The notes under the pieces: generated by a model
Database searches by the model: none
Told to the model about the DNA's origin: nothing
What the model saw: only the letters and a program-made list of their open reading frames with translations
NCBI GenBank assembly: GCA_050633305.1
Contig: JBOEGF010000016.1
Location: 32,001-96,000, forward strand
Reading direction: 5' to 3'
Length of the DNA stretch: 64,000 nt
DNA from: Nannocystales bacterium
Lineage (GTDB): Bacteria; Myxococcota_A; Polyangia; Nannocystales; Nannocystaceae
Position numbers and translations under genes: made by a program
Shown here: positions 1 to 9,479 of the stretch, one piece after another
Layout: each line of letters begins with the position of its first letter
Position numbering within the stretch: position 1 is the first letter of the stretch

Positions 1-280
1 CCAACAGCGTCTGTGTCTGTTCGGCGAGGGCAGGATTCCCCGTCCGGCTCGCGAGGCAGTTCTGTGCCCGTGCGAGATCCAAGACCAGCTCTTCGCCCGA
101 CTCGTCGAGCAGCTCGAGCGCAGGGCGGTTCATGATCCGGTGCTGCAAGACCGCTGCTTGTGCGTACTGGTGATACAGCACGGCGCTGGGTGCTGGGTGC
201 TGGGGGGTCGGGGTCGTCGCGCCGGTCGAGCAACCCATGAGACCGAGGACGCATCCGAGAATGAAGCTGGCGTGGCGCAT
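1..280 (-). CDS. Lipoprotein, partial (runs off window start)
   Basis: Manual translation MRHASFILGCVLGLMGCSTGATT... with lipobox-like LMGC; GAGAG just upstream; open to position 1; absent from ORF track because no stop is in the window. Confidence 0.7.
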   Translation of the reverse strand, partial: MRHASFILGCVLGLMGCSTGATTPTPQHPAPSAVLYHQYAQAAVLQHRIMNRPALELLDESGEELVLDLARAQNCLASRTGNPALAEQTQTLL

Positions 281-310
281 CACTCTCGCCATGTCCGGCG
301 CTGGGGAAAT

Positions 311-1531
311 CTATGGTTGCTTGGCGTCGTTTTCTTTCGATGCACATGTGGCATCGATCCTGGGCAGCATGGGGCTGTTGGGGCGCGCAGCCCGAAGTGC
401 ATCGGCGCGGCGCTTCGCCTCGGCGGGACGGTCATCGGCACACAGCGCATCAACCCAGAGCGCGGTGCGGCCATCCGGTAGGGCGGTCTTGGGGAAGCGT
501 CGGTCGTGCTCGGAGAGGAGCTCGAGCGCTCGTTTCGGCCAACCGTTGCGGAGCGCCCGGTTTGCGGACTGCAGCAGCTTGGTATCCGCGGCCAGGTCGT
601 AGGCGGGCTCGGGTGCGGGGGTTGGGGACGCACTCGCGCGGGTGCGTGCCTTCCGGACTGTTCGAGGCTTCGGTTGGCTGCGCGGACCCGGGCCGTCCGG
701 CGAGCGCAGAGTCTTGGCGTCGGGCTGCGGGGGGGCTGGAGCTTGCGCAGCGGGTTCCGTCGGCGCGGCGGGCTTGCCGACTGCAGCTGCGGGCGCCACC
801 TGGGCTTGGGGACTCGCAGGCGGGACCGACGGGGAGTCCTGACTCGTCGCGACACCAATGACGACGAGGCTTGCCGCGATGAGTGCACCTGCGGTCACGA
901 GCTTGGAGCCCCACACCGCGCTGGAGGCCGAGAGCGCTGGCTGTAGCAGCAACCACCCGCCCGCTTTCGCCCGGGGCCGATCTCGTTTCGCTGCCCGCAG
1001 CGTCTCCTCCTGAGCAACCACGGCATGTTGAAAGCGTTTCCGGAGGACGCGGACGCGCCCGTAGACCGTGGGGAGTTTGCGGCCCAGTGCCGCCGCCAGC
1101 TCAGGCCCGGTCAGTCCATCGAGTTCCGAGAGCACGAACAGCTCCCGGTCCTCGGCGCTGAGCGTGGCCAAGAACCGATCGAGTGAAACCTTCGCACCCA
1201 CGTCGGATTCCAGGTCTGCGGCAGGGATGACCAGCTCGGCCGCGGCTGCATGGCGGGACTCTCGCCGCCCGCGCGTCCGTCGATAGTTGCTCGCGACCCG
1301 CCGTCCGATGCTGTACAGCCAGGATCTGGGACTCTGGCCATCGAAGGCACTGCGCCGTCGGTACGCCACGATGAACGTGTCGTGCACAGCGTCCTCCGCC
1401 GACATTGGACCCACCCCGAATCGGCACACAGTGGCCCACACGAAGCCGTAGTGCTCTTCGTAGAGGGTTCTGAAACTGGCGGTGCTCTGCATCGGTGCAC
1501 CCACGCCATGTCCGGCTGACGGAGAATCCAT
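311..1531 (-). CDS. ECF sigma-70 factor fused to TM helix, Pro-rich linker and C-terminal TPR-like domain
   Basis: Sigma2 (AEDAVHDTF, SWLYSI) and sigma4 (ELFVLSELDGLTGPELA...TVYGRV) motifs, then hydrophobic segment, PAP linker and ALELLSEHDRRFP helical repeat; start may be the second Met. Confidence 0.85.
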   Translation of the reverse strand: MDSPSAGHGVGAPMQSTASFRTLYEEHYGFVWATVCRFGVGPMSAEDAVHDTFIVAYRRRSAFDGQSPRSWLYSIGRRVASNYRRTRGRRESRHAAAAELVIPAADLESDVGAKVSLDRFLATLSAEDRELFVLSELDGLTGPELAAALGRKLPTVYGRVRVLRKRFQHAVVAQEETLRAAKRDRPRAKAGGWLLLQPALSASSAVWGSKLVTAGALIAASLVVIGVATSQDSPSVPPASPQAQVAPAAAVGKPAAPTEPAAQAPAPPQPDAKTLRSPDGPGPRSQPKPRTVRKARTRASASPTPAPEPAYDLAADTKLLQSANRALRNGWPKRALELLSEHDRRFPKTALPDGRTALWVDALCADDRPAEAKRRADALRAARPNSPMLPRIDATCASKENDAKQP

Positions 1532-1540
1532 GCGCCAGCC

Positions 1541-2590
1541 TCAAAAAAAACCGATCTCGAGGCCCGCGAGCAGCCGGACCGAACCATTCGCCGGGCTGTA
1601 GATCGCGTCGTTGGCGAGTCGGAGGTTTCCGCGGACGACCGCACCGACCCCTTCGACGGCCAGGAACAAGCTGAGGCGTTCGAACTTTCGAACCGCTCCT
1701 GCACTGAGCATCGGCCCGGCCCAGAGCCCCGAGATGGTCTCCTGTCCCGAACCTCGGTCGGTCCGCGCGAGGGTGCCTCCGACCTCGGCCCCCGCGCAAA
1801 CCGGAAACCTCCACGTGTCGCCCCCCGGAAAACCGCAGCCGCGGATCAGGCCCACGACGGACTGGACCTGTGCGTTGCCCAGTCGGGGCGGGGTTGGTCG
1901 CGGTGCAACCCACGCGACGTCTGCTTGGATGCGAGCCCATCTCCAGTTGAACCCCCCGCCCGCTGCGATCCGGGCGCTCAGGCTTGGGGTGGCGCCGAGC
2001 TCTGGGCCCGTGGACAAGGCCGCAAAAAAGCGGCGGCGCTTCCGGGCCAGGGGCGGTTGGGTCGGAGTCTCGGGCGCGGGCGGTTGGACGCGTGGCTCCG
2101 CCTCTGGGTCTGGTTCTGGTTCTGGTTTCAGTTCCGGTTCTCGCTCGGCTTCAGGTGCTGGGCCCGAGGTGCGCTCAGGCGCCGCGACAGCTGCTGGATC
2201 TGGTTCGTGAAGCGCCGGTTCCAGCGCGAACGCGAACAGGGTCGCTGTGGCCTCCGCCAAGTCTTGGCACGTCGCCCCGCGAAACTTTCGAACGTCGGTG
2301 TAGTCGCCGAGCCGGGTCGTCAGGACGAGGCGCCAGGTCGCGCGGCTGGTTCGGGTGACGACCGCATGGGCTTCGAGCGTTCCGACGCCCTTGGGTTGTC
2401 CGGTGAGCAGGGCCTCGTAGAGTGACTCGACATCGGCTCCGCTTGGGCATTCCTGCGGCGCGTCCCATACCAACTCCACCGCCGCTGGAGGGGTGGGCGG
2501 AGACAGTGGTGTGGGCGCCAACGCGAGCAAGCCGAACACGCGACTCACAGCATAGCCGGGTTTGGCGCGCCAACAACGCGATGGGGTCAC
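1541..2590 (-). CDS. Exported protein with EP-rich linker and probable C-terminal outer-membrane beta-barrel
   Basis: WDAPQECPS N-domain, EPE repeats, amphipathic beta pattern, terminal Phe (EIGFF); GTGA overlap with upstream gene. Confidence 0.65.
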   Translation of the reverse strand: MTPSRCWRAKPGYAVSRVFGLLALAPTPLSPPTPPAAVELVWDAPQECPSGADVESLYEALLTGQPKGVGTLEAHAVVTRTSRATWRLVLTTRLGDYTDVRKFRGATCQDLAEATATLFAFALEPALHEPDPAAVAAPERTSGPAPEAEREPELKPEPEPDPEAEPRVQPPAPETPTQPPLARKRRRFFAALSTGPELGATPSLSARIAAGGGFNWRWARIQADVAWVAPRPTPPRLGNAQVQSVVGLIRGCGFPGGDTWRFPVCAGAEVGGTLARTDRGSGQETISGLWAGPMLSAGAVRKFERLSLFLAVEGVGAVVRGNLRLANDAIYSPANGSVRLLAGLEIGFF

Positions 2591-3186
2591 CCGCCAGCTT
2601 CAGCATCGCACGAGAAGCCGTTGATGCACTCGTCGCTGCTCTCACAGACGCACACGCCATCGGGGTTACACGTGTCGAGCAGACAGGGCTGCCCGACATC
2701 ACAGCGTTCGCGGCAGTAGCCCTGCCCATCGGTGGTCTCGCCGCCGCAGGCGAAGCCGGTCCCCAGTCCGGCGCAGGGCTCGTCGTCTTGGCAGGTCACG
2801 ACGCATTGCGGAACTCCGTCCACGTCGTGGCATGTGGAGCCGGGCGTCAGCGACTCGCACTGGGCGTCGGTCTCGCAGGGAGCCGGTACACAAAGCCCGC
2901 CCGCGCATCCGAAGTTCGCGGGGAAATCGTTCGACGGGCAGGGGTCGAGGCCCGCGGGGCAGCAGTCCGCGGCGAAGTTGCACTCGCGCCTGCAGGTTGG
3001 GAACTCGGGGGTGTAGACCGGCCCCGGCTCGCCCGTCGAGGATGACGACGCGGCTGCGGTAGACGACGAGCTGGAACTCGCGGCCGCGGTGGCCCCGGTC
3101 GAAGAACCCGTCGCGCTGCCTTCATCCGACGACCCGCCGTCGCACGCGGCACAAACCAACACCAGGGCGCACAAGGCAGCTCGCAT
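2587..3186 (-). CDS. Cys-rich lipoprotein
   Basis: Lipobox CAAC, Ser/Thr linker, many Cys in short disulfide-type repeats. Confidence 0.75.
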   Translation of the reverse strand: MRAALCALVLVCAACDGGSSDEGSATGSSTGATAAASSSSSSTAAASSSSTGEPGPVYTPEFPTCRRECNFAADCCPAGLDPCPSNDFPANFGCAGGLCVPAPCETDAQCESLTPGSTCHDVDGVPQCVVTCQDDEPCAGLGTGFACGGETTDGQGYCRERCDVGQPCLLDTCNPDGVCVCESSDECINGFSCDAEAGG

Positions 3187-3223
3187 CGGGGGAGTCTACC
3201 GAAAGCGAGGGGCGCGACGGCCC

Positions 3224-4411
3224 CTACTCGCCCCAGCAATACTCGTCGTACAAGAACAACGCAAAGCCCGCGGACGGAAATACCGCCGCCGTTCCAGTCC
3301 CAGAGCACTCATTGCCGTCACGAGAGACTCCGAAGACCAGCTCCGTCGTGTGCAGGACCGCCTCGTCGAGGTTGAGACCTTCAGCATCGACCACGGCGCT
3401 CAACTCCGCATCCGCGCCATATAGGCCGCCCAGGACGTAGCGGGTGTCCTCCGCGGTGAACTCGCCCGGCGCTCCGATCCACTGGTGCATCGCCGCTCCG
3501 GGCCCGAACCCGTTGAGGCGGCGGGTGAGGGCGAGGAAGGATTCCGGCGAGGGAACCTCTCCTTCCCATCGGGCGCTCGCGGCCGCAGCTGTGCACCTCA
3601 CTGCGGGAGGTGCACAGTAGTCTGACGCCCGTACGGCGCCCTCGTAGGCTTCGATGCGCGAGTCGGTCCCGAGTCCAATGCCGACCGGGGGTGCGACGTA
3701 GCGTTGGTCCCAGACGTCCACACAGCTGGCGAAATCTTGATCGTAGTTGTCGCATCGCGCATCGCCGCTCAAAGCACAGCGCGCGTCTTCTTCGACCCAC
3801 GGCTCGCACAGCTGAACCATCTGCGGGGCGTCCAACTGATAGCTCTGTTCCGCGCCTTGCTGCTCGAAGCAGCGCATCAGCGAGTCTTCGAAGCGCTCGG
3901 GGCAAACCGGTGGCTCGAGCTCGCAGCTATCGCTGGCACAACCGAGGCTGAGCCGGAAGTTCCCTCGCCCCGTGGCGCCCTTGGTGCCCACAACCACCGT
4001 GTAGTCGCCGTCGGCGTACAGGCGGAAGTCTTGGATGCGGCTGAGCGTTCCCCAGCCAGCGTCGTCATCGAACGCGATCTGGGTTGGCGCGCTGCCGTCG
4101 GGAGAGTCACGATACAAGAACAGTGTGGTGTCCAGGCCGCGAGAAGAGCCGGCCTGGGTGATCTCAATGTCCAGCACCGCGTTTTTCCGTGCGGAGAATC
4201 CGTACTCGTAGAACTGGAAGTCTGCGTCGAAGACCTGCTCGGGCGTGTCGCCGAAGCCGATGAACCCGCCATCCTCGACGCCGTTGAACTCATCGTTCTT
4301 GCCGTCGAGGGACGGCTCGACCAGGCCCCCGTCACCGCTACTGGGGGGCGCGGAATCACAAGCTGAGAGGGAAAGCGAACTCAGAAGGAGGAGGTTCCAG
4401 CGGGTGTTCAT
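3224..4411 (-). CDS. Lipoprotein with PPC-like (pre-peptidase C-terminal) domain
   Basis: Start MNTRWNLLLLSSLSLSAC (lipobox); DGKND motif; LDTTLFLY...DDDAG...GDYTVVV pattern. Confidence 0.75.
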   Translation of the reverse strand: MNTRWNLLLLSSLSLSACDSAPPSSGDGGLVEPSLDGKNDEFNGVEDGGFIGFGDTPEQVFDADFQFYEYGFSARKNAVLDIEITQAGSSRGLDTTLFLYRDSPDGSAPTQIAFDDDAGWGTLSRIQDFRLYADGDYTVVVGTKGATGRGNFRLSLGCASDSCELEPPVCPERFEDSLMRCFEQQGAEQSYQLDAPQMVQLCEPWVEEDARCALSGDARCDNYDQDFASCVDVWDQRYVAPPVGIGLGTDSRIEAYEGAVRASDYCAPPAVRCTAAAASARWEGEVPSPESFLALTRRLNGFGPGAAMHQWIGAPGEFTAEDTRYVLGGLYGADAELSAVVDAEGLNLDEAVLHTTELVFGVSRDGNECSGTGTAAVFPSAGFALFLYDEYCWGE

Positions 4412-4478
4412 GAGGCCGGCTGTGGTAGACGAACAAGTCCTGTCGGGTGTTTCGCCACATTTCGAAAAAAGCGCGTCC

Positions 4479-6968
4479 ATGTCGGAAGCGTCTGAAAATG
4501 CAACCGAACGTCCTCCAGGTCGTCTCTTCCGGGCACCGGTGACGGGCGAGGACAACGAGGAATGCGGTCAGCGGCTCGACGCTCTGCTGAGCGAGGCTCC
4601 GACTTCGGGCCCTGAAGGCGCCCGCGTGCTGACCCAGCTTCGCCATCGCTTGTTCGGCATCGAGGCGGCTGCGTCCGTCGGTCGGTACACCGAACTACAC
4701 GCCGTTGGGCGGGGTGGGATCGGTGCGGTGTACCGGGCTTGGGACCCGGTGCTCAAACGCCACGTTGCACTCAAGTTCCTACGGCTCAGTGGTGCGAGGG
4801 AGCGGAGGTGCCTGGTGCAGGAGGCGAGGACCGCGGCCCGGCTCAATCACCCGAACATCGCGCAAGTCTTCGACGTCGGCGAGCATGGAGGAGAAGCGTT
4901 TATCGCGATGGAGTTCGTCGACGGGCAGGATCTCGACGCTTGGCTGACTCTCGAGCCTCGTTCGGTGGCGGAGATCCTCGGTGTGCTGTGCTTGGCGGGC
5001 CGGGGCCTGGCTGCGGCGCATGCGGCAGGAGTTGCCCATCTCGATTTCAAGCCTCGCAACGTCCTCGTGGGTCGCGACGGCACGGTGCGTGTCGCAGACT
5101 TTGGACTGGCCCGGAGCGTCGAGGTGCACCGTGGGGCCTCGGCGTGGACTGGCGGAACGCCAAGGTACTCAGCACCACACGTACCGGCCGAGCTTCAGGT
5201 CCTCGAAGATGCGCGACGGACAGACCAGTACGCATTCGCGGTGACCGCCTGGGAGTCGCTCTGTCGTCAGGCCGGGCATCGCTTGCCACGAACGCCGACG
5301 TCCGAGCCACTCCCAGGCGGGGTTGGCGTCGAGGTGGCGCAAGCGTTGAAAGTCGCGCTCGCGCCGGACCCGGCGCATCGCTTCGATTCGGTCGATGCGC
5401 TTCTTGATGCCATGGAGTCGTCGGAGCGGCGGACGTCAGTCGGGCTCATATTCGTGGCTTCGGTCGGCGTCGCTCTGGTCGGACTCATGTTCGCGTTGTT
5501 CGGGGGTAACCCGGAGCCACGGCAAGGCCGGGCCGAGACCCTTCGTGTGTCGCCCGACCCCGAAGTGGTGTTGCGGGGTCCTCGAGAGTTGCTCAGGTCG
5601 GGTGAGCTCGACCGGGCCGCGGCGCGGTTCGAAGCCATCTACCTGGAGTCGGCGCAGGCGGCAGACCCTCCACTCGCGCTTCGAAGCGCGGTCGCCATGG
5701 CCGACATTTCGAGTCGGCGCGCAGAACCCCGGCAGACCGATCGCTGGGTCGGTCATGCGCGTACGTGGGAGGCCCGCGTCCCGGCCGGAAGCACCGCGCT
5801 CGTCGACCTCGAACTCCTCGAGGCGCACAGAGCTCGAAAGAGAGGACATCTCGTCGAGGCTCGAGCGCTTGCGGATCGGGCTTGGGACCGTTGCGGCGCT
5901 GATCTCCGGCACCCCGCTGCGGTCGCGGCCTTGGTCGAGGTCGGTCAGGTCGCGGTTGAGCAGGCTCGCCTTGGGGATGCTGCTCGGGCGTTCGAAGATG
6001 GCCTGAGGGCGGCTGAGCATGTGACGGACGAGCGTCGCGGTGTGCGGGCCTCGGTCCTCCTCGGCTTGGGCAACGCCTTGTGGGCGCTGGACGACCTGGC
6101 AGGAGCCGCGAAAGCGTACGAAGAGTCGCTCGAGTCATGGACGAGGCTGTACGGTCGTGAGCACGTCCGATCCGCGACGGCAGTGATGAATCTTGGGCTG
6201 ACACATCGAGCACGGGGTCGATTCGACGAGGCTCGGACACTGTTGAAAGAGGCGGCCGAGATCTTGGAGCGGGTCGCGGGTCCGGACTCACCCGACACAG
6301 CCCTGGCCTTCATCAACCTCGGCACGGTGGAGTCCGACATGGGGGACTGGCATGCGTCCGCGTCCCACCATCGTCGTGCTGCCGTGATCTTCGAGGCCGC
6401 GTGGGGAGCAGACCACCCGCGCGTCGCGTTGGCGTTGGGCAACCTTGGGGCCGCCCTCGCCGACGCCGGCGAACTCGAAAAGGCGGTGGAAGCCTATGAA
6501 TCCTCGCTCGAGATTCTTCGGGCGACCCACGGCACCGACCACCCCTCGGTTGCCACGAACCTGCACAATCTCGCCGTGGCATACCGTCGCTCGGGTGACT
6601 CTCGCGCAGAACTCGTCGACCGCGAAGCACTCCGGATGTTTGAGGATGCGGGTGGCGCCCACCACCGCAACATCCTTGGTGCTGTTCTCGGTCTCGCCTT
6701 CGATGCAGGAGCGCGCCACGCCTGGAAGGAATCGGAAGCACTCGCCATGCGTGCCCTCGACCTCGAGCCCGCGGACCCGCTGCTGCGGGCGCTCGCGCAG
6801 ATCCGGGTGGGTCGGGCACGGGTTGAGCTGTCGGTGAGTTCGGGCGAGCGAGAACTGGAGCAGGCCGAGATTCTGCTCGACGCCTTGGGCCCCCGGGGCG
6901 ACGGCGCTCGTGCCGAACTCGCCCGGGCGAGGGCCGGGCGCTCACCATACCGGGGCAGGTCGAAGTGA
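4479..6968 (+). CDS. Hanks-type Ser/Thr kinase with TM segment and TPR array
   Basis: GRGGIGAV, VALK, HLDFKPRN, DFGLA motifs; TM; kinesin-light-chain-like TPRs (GxDHPxVA); start uncertain. Confidence 0.9.
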   Translation: MSEASENATERPPGRLFRAPVTGEDNEECGQRLDALLSEAPTSGPEGARVLTQLRHRLFGIEAAASVGRYTELHAVGRGGIGAVYRAWDPVLKRHVALKFLRLSGARERRCLVQEARTAARLNHPNIAQVFDVGEHGGEAFIAMEFVDGQDLDAWLTLEPRSVAEILGVLCLAGRGLAAAHAAGVAHLDFKPRNVLVGRDGTVRVADFGLARSVEVHRGASAWTGGTPRYSAPHVPAELQVLEDARRTDQYAFAVTAWESLCRQAGHRLPRTPTSEPLPGGVGVEVAQALKVALAPDPAHRFDSVDALLDAMESSERRTSVGLIFVASVGVALVGLMFALFGGNPEPRQGRAETLRVSPDPEVVLRGPRELLRSGELDRAAARFEAIYLESAQAADPPLALRSAVAMADISSRRAEPRQTDRWVGHARTWEARVPAGSTALVDLELLEAHRARKRGHLVEARALADRAWDRCGADLRHPAAVAALVEVGQVAVEQARLGDAARAFEDGLRAAEHVTDERRGVRASVLLGLGNALWALDDLAGAAKAYEESLESWTRLYGREHVRSATAVMNLGLTHRARGRFDEARTLLKEAAEILERVAGPDSPDTALAFINLGTVESDMGDWHASASHHRRAAVIFEAAWGADHPRVALALGNLGAALADAGELEKAVEAYESSLEILRATHGTDHPSVATNLHNLAVAYRRSGDSRAELVDREALRMFEDAGGAHHRNILGAVLGLAFDAGARHAWKESEALAMRALDLEPADPLLRALAQIRVGRARVELSVSSGERELEQAEILLDALGPRGDGARAELARARAGRSPYRGRSK

Positions 6969-7516
6969 GCGGGGAGCCACCGGACCGGGTTCTCTTCGAA
7001 GACTGGGCCCAGGGGGATGCAGCCGCGGGCGACGCCCTGTTGAGGCGTCACTTCGAGTCGCTCTTTCGCTTCTTCAGCAACAAGCTCGACTCCGAGATCG
7101 AGGACATGCTTCAGACGACGATGCTCCGGTGTGTCGAGCATCGGGAACGGTTCGCGGGTCACTCCTCGTTTCGGACGTACCTGTTCTCGATCGCTCGAAA
7201 CCTACTCATCGACCGAATCCGCCAGCGCTACGGCCCGCGGGGGGCGGTCGACTTCACAGAGGTCTCTCTCGCAGACCTCGGCACGAGTCCAAGTCAGGCG
7301 GTCCTTCGTGACGAGCGCAGACGAGCCGTTTGTTTCGCGCTTCGCCGACTCCCCTTGGACTACCAGATTCCCATCGAGCTTGCGTACTGGGAGAACCTCA
7401 ACGCAACCGAGATCGGGGAGGTGCTGAACGTATCGCCTGCGACCGTGCGGACACGGCTGCGGCGAGCTCGTCAGCGGCTGGGTTCCCATCTTGGCGCGCT
7501 TGCGGCCGAGCCCTAG
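6965..7516 (+). CDS. ECF sigma factor, kinase-associated
   Basis: SSFRTYLFSIARN and ELAYWENL..EIGEVL..SPATVRTRLRRAR; GTGA overlap with kinase stop. Confidence 0.9.
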   Translation: MSGEPPDRVLFEDWAQGDAAAGDALLRRHFESLFRFFSNKLDSEIEDMLQTTMLRCVEHRERFAGHSSFRTYLFSIARNLLIDRIRQRYGPRGAVDFTEVSLADLGTSPSQAVLRDERRRAVCFALRRLPLDYQIPIELAYWENLNATEIGEVLNVSPATVRTRLRRARQRLGSHLGALAAEP

Positions 7517-7635
7517 CTAGTTGGTGTCCAACTCGGAGAACGCGGCACGGACGTTTGCGACCATGGCAGTCTTGTCGTCGTCCGCAGGCGGAGGCGCGTT
7601 GGCCTGCAGCAACGCGACGTTCTCCGTGTGGCGAG

Positions 7636-7974
7636 CTACTCCACCCGAGGCGGGCAGCATTGGGGGACCAGGGCTTTCGCCTCGTCCACGATTCCCTGGA
7701 GCTCGTCGAGAAAGTGCATCCCGTTGATCTCGTAGACTGCACGTCGACCGTCGCGGCGGCGCGTCACGATCTGCGCGTCTTGCAGCACCTTGAGGTGTCG
7801 AGAGATGACCGAGCGGTCCTGCGGCAAGTCGTCGGCGATCGTGGCGATGTCGGCCTCGCCGCGCACCATCACGACCCGTAGAACCTCGAGGCGAGAGGGT
7901 TCGAGAAACGCCCGGAGGATCGGGGAGTCGAACAGCTCGACCAACTTGGTGGCCGCACCGGCACGGGAGATCAC
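7636..7974 (-). CDS. ArsR/SmtB family repressor with C-terminal CC pair
   Basis: EPSRLEVL...SVISRHLKVLQDAQIV..RRDGR..Y wHTH; ends QCCPPRVE. Confidence 0.9.
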   Translation of the reverse strand: MISRAGAATKLVELFDSPILRAFLEPSRLEVLRVVMVRGEADIATIADDLPQDRSVISRHLKVLQDAQIVTRRRDGRRAVYEINGMHFLDELQGIVDEAKALVPQCCPPRVE

Positions 7975-8777
7975 GACGACTCTCCCTGCGCACGGCCGAA
8001 GAGCGCAACGAGGCCAGTCGCGACGTACATGAGCAGACCATAGCCGAGAACCGCCATGACCGCGCGCGGTTCGGCACCAGCCGCAGACAGCGCGAGAAGG
8101 GCGATGGTCAAGTTCCGCACCGCGGAGACTTGGGCAACCGAGAGCCGCTCAGGGCCCGGTCGGACGAACGCTGCTGGGATGAACGAGGCCAACACGACCA
8201 CAGCAGCCCACCCCAGATCCTGCGGGTGCACCGAGGGAAGGTGCCTCCATCCGAGCACGGAAACGGTGACCGCCAGCAGGACCAAGCCGACCCAGGACAG
8301 GGGTCTCCGCGCGCGGCGGCTCCATTTCGGGGCGAGCGCTTGTGCCAGCCACCCTGCCAGCAGAGGGGCCAGCGATCCGCCAACGACCCACAGGACCGCG
8401 ACCGCGAAGCCTGAGGATGGCGTCTTCATCGCGAGCGTGACCACGGCGAGGGCTCCCATGGCACCGGCGATCGTGGTCACGAGCAAGAGTTGGGCGGCCG
8501 TGCGGGCGCTGCCCCCGGCCGCCATGGCCAACAGGGGACCCGTGCTTCCGCCGGGCGTGGCGGCCACCAGCAACAATCCCAACCCGAGGGGTCCGAGTCC
8601 GAACGCGAGGTGGAGTCCCCCGGCGACCAGTGGAAGTCCGACGATGTTGAACGCGATTACGGCCGCCCAGCGACGCGGGCCAACGACGGGAGCCGCACCA
8701 TCCCGGTGAAGGGCAAGTCCCACCGTGAAGGTGGACACGATGCTGAGCGCGGTGATGAGGAGTTGCTCGGCGTTCAT
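7971..8777 (-). CDS. Bile acid:sodium symporter (BASS/Acr3-like) membrane transporter
   Basis: Multiple TM segments, GLLLVAATPGG and VRNLTIAL motifs; ATGA overlap with upstream gene. Confidence 0.75.
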   Translation of the reverse strand: MNAEQLLITALSIVSTFTVGLALHRDGAAPVVGPRRWAAVIAFNIVGLPLVAGGLHLAFGLGPLGLGLLLVAATPGGSTGPLLAMAAGGSARTAAQLLLVTTIAGAMGALAVVTLAMKTPSSGFAVAVLWVVGGSLAPLLAGWLAQALAPKWSRRARRPLSWVGLVLLAVTVSVLGWRHLPSVHPQDLGWAAVVVLASFIPAAFVRPGPERLSVAQVSAVRNLTIALLALSAAGAEPRAVMAVLGYGLLMYVATGLVALFGRAQGESS

Positions 8778-9361
8778 GCTGTGGCGCAGCACGAGCGCCA
8801 GCCGGGACAACGTGGGCAGTGCGTGAGGGCGAGGGCGAGATGGAGTGCTGCGATCCCCACCGCACCCCAGAGCAAGCCGCTGTGAAGCAGCTCCAGTCCC
8901 GTGACGCCCGCTGACGCTTCCGGGTCGAACGAGAGGGACCAGGCCGCGAGCGGGCGCGACCAAAGAAAGGCCGCGACCGCCCCGGTCCGGGTGGTCACTG
9001 CGGCCACGTGGACCGCGAACTCACCGCGACCCACGCCGCCCAGCGACCGCCGGCTGTCTTTCTCGGCCCGCATGTCGAACACTTCGACCACGTGGGTGAC
9101 CAAGAGCGCAGCGACGCCCAGCCAAAGCATCGCGCCTCCGGCATTCGGCGCGAACAGCCCCGCAACGACGGGTACGAACAGCACCGCACTTGCCGTGTGC
9201 CACAGGTGCTCGGAGTACGACTCCGTGCGGGCGTGTAGACGGAACCAGAGCAGGTGCAGCACCACCCCGTCGAACGCCGCCAGCGCCGCGAATACGAGCA
9301 ACAACGTGCCCCCGGCGATGAGAATCGGTGGCTGAGAGAAGATCGTCGATGCATCGATCAC
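8774..9361 (-). CDS. Integral membrane protein with His motifs and Cys-rich C-terminus
   Basis: About 5 TM segments, DGVVLH, EHLWH, EFAVH; ends HCPRCPGWRSCCATA; GTG start chosen. Confidence 0.7.
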   Translation of the reverse strand: MIDASTIFSQPPILIAGGTLLLVFAALAAFDGVVLHLLWFRLHARTESYSEHLWHTASAVLFVPVVAGLFAPNAGGAMLWLGVAALLVTHVVEVFDMRAEKDSRRSLGGVGRGEFAVHVAAVTTRTGAVAAFLWSRPLAAWSLSFDPEASAGVTGLELLHSGLLWGAVGIAALHLALALTHCPRCPGWRSCCATA

Positions 9362-9397
9362 GTGTGCATGTATGCGCACGCGTGCACGTGTTGTCAA
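9361..9397 (-). promoter_or_regulatory. Putative promoter (-35 TTGACA) and ArsR operator
   Basis: TTGACA on minus strand at 9397-9392; imperfect inverted repeat CGTGTGCAT-GT-ATGCGCACG at 9361-9380 next to the start. Confidence 0.5.
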
Positions 9398-9479
9398 GCG
9401 ATGCTCCTGGCGGGGGCTCGGACCTGGTGCGCTCCGATGCGTCCAGAGGCACGGTCGGAGGGGGTCCGCCGAGCCGCCC

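Noticed and set aside
1543..1550. A8 homopolymer as a phase-variation tract
   Set aside because: Encodes the terminal Phe-Phe next to the stop of a probable barrel protein
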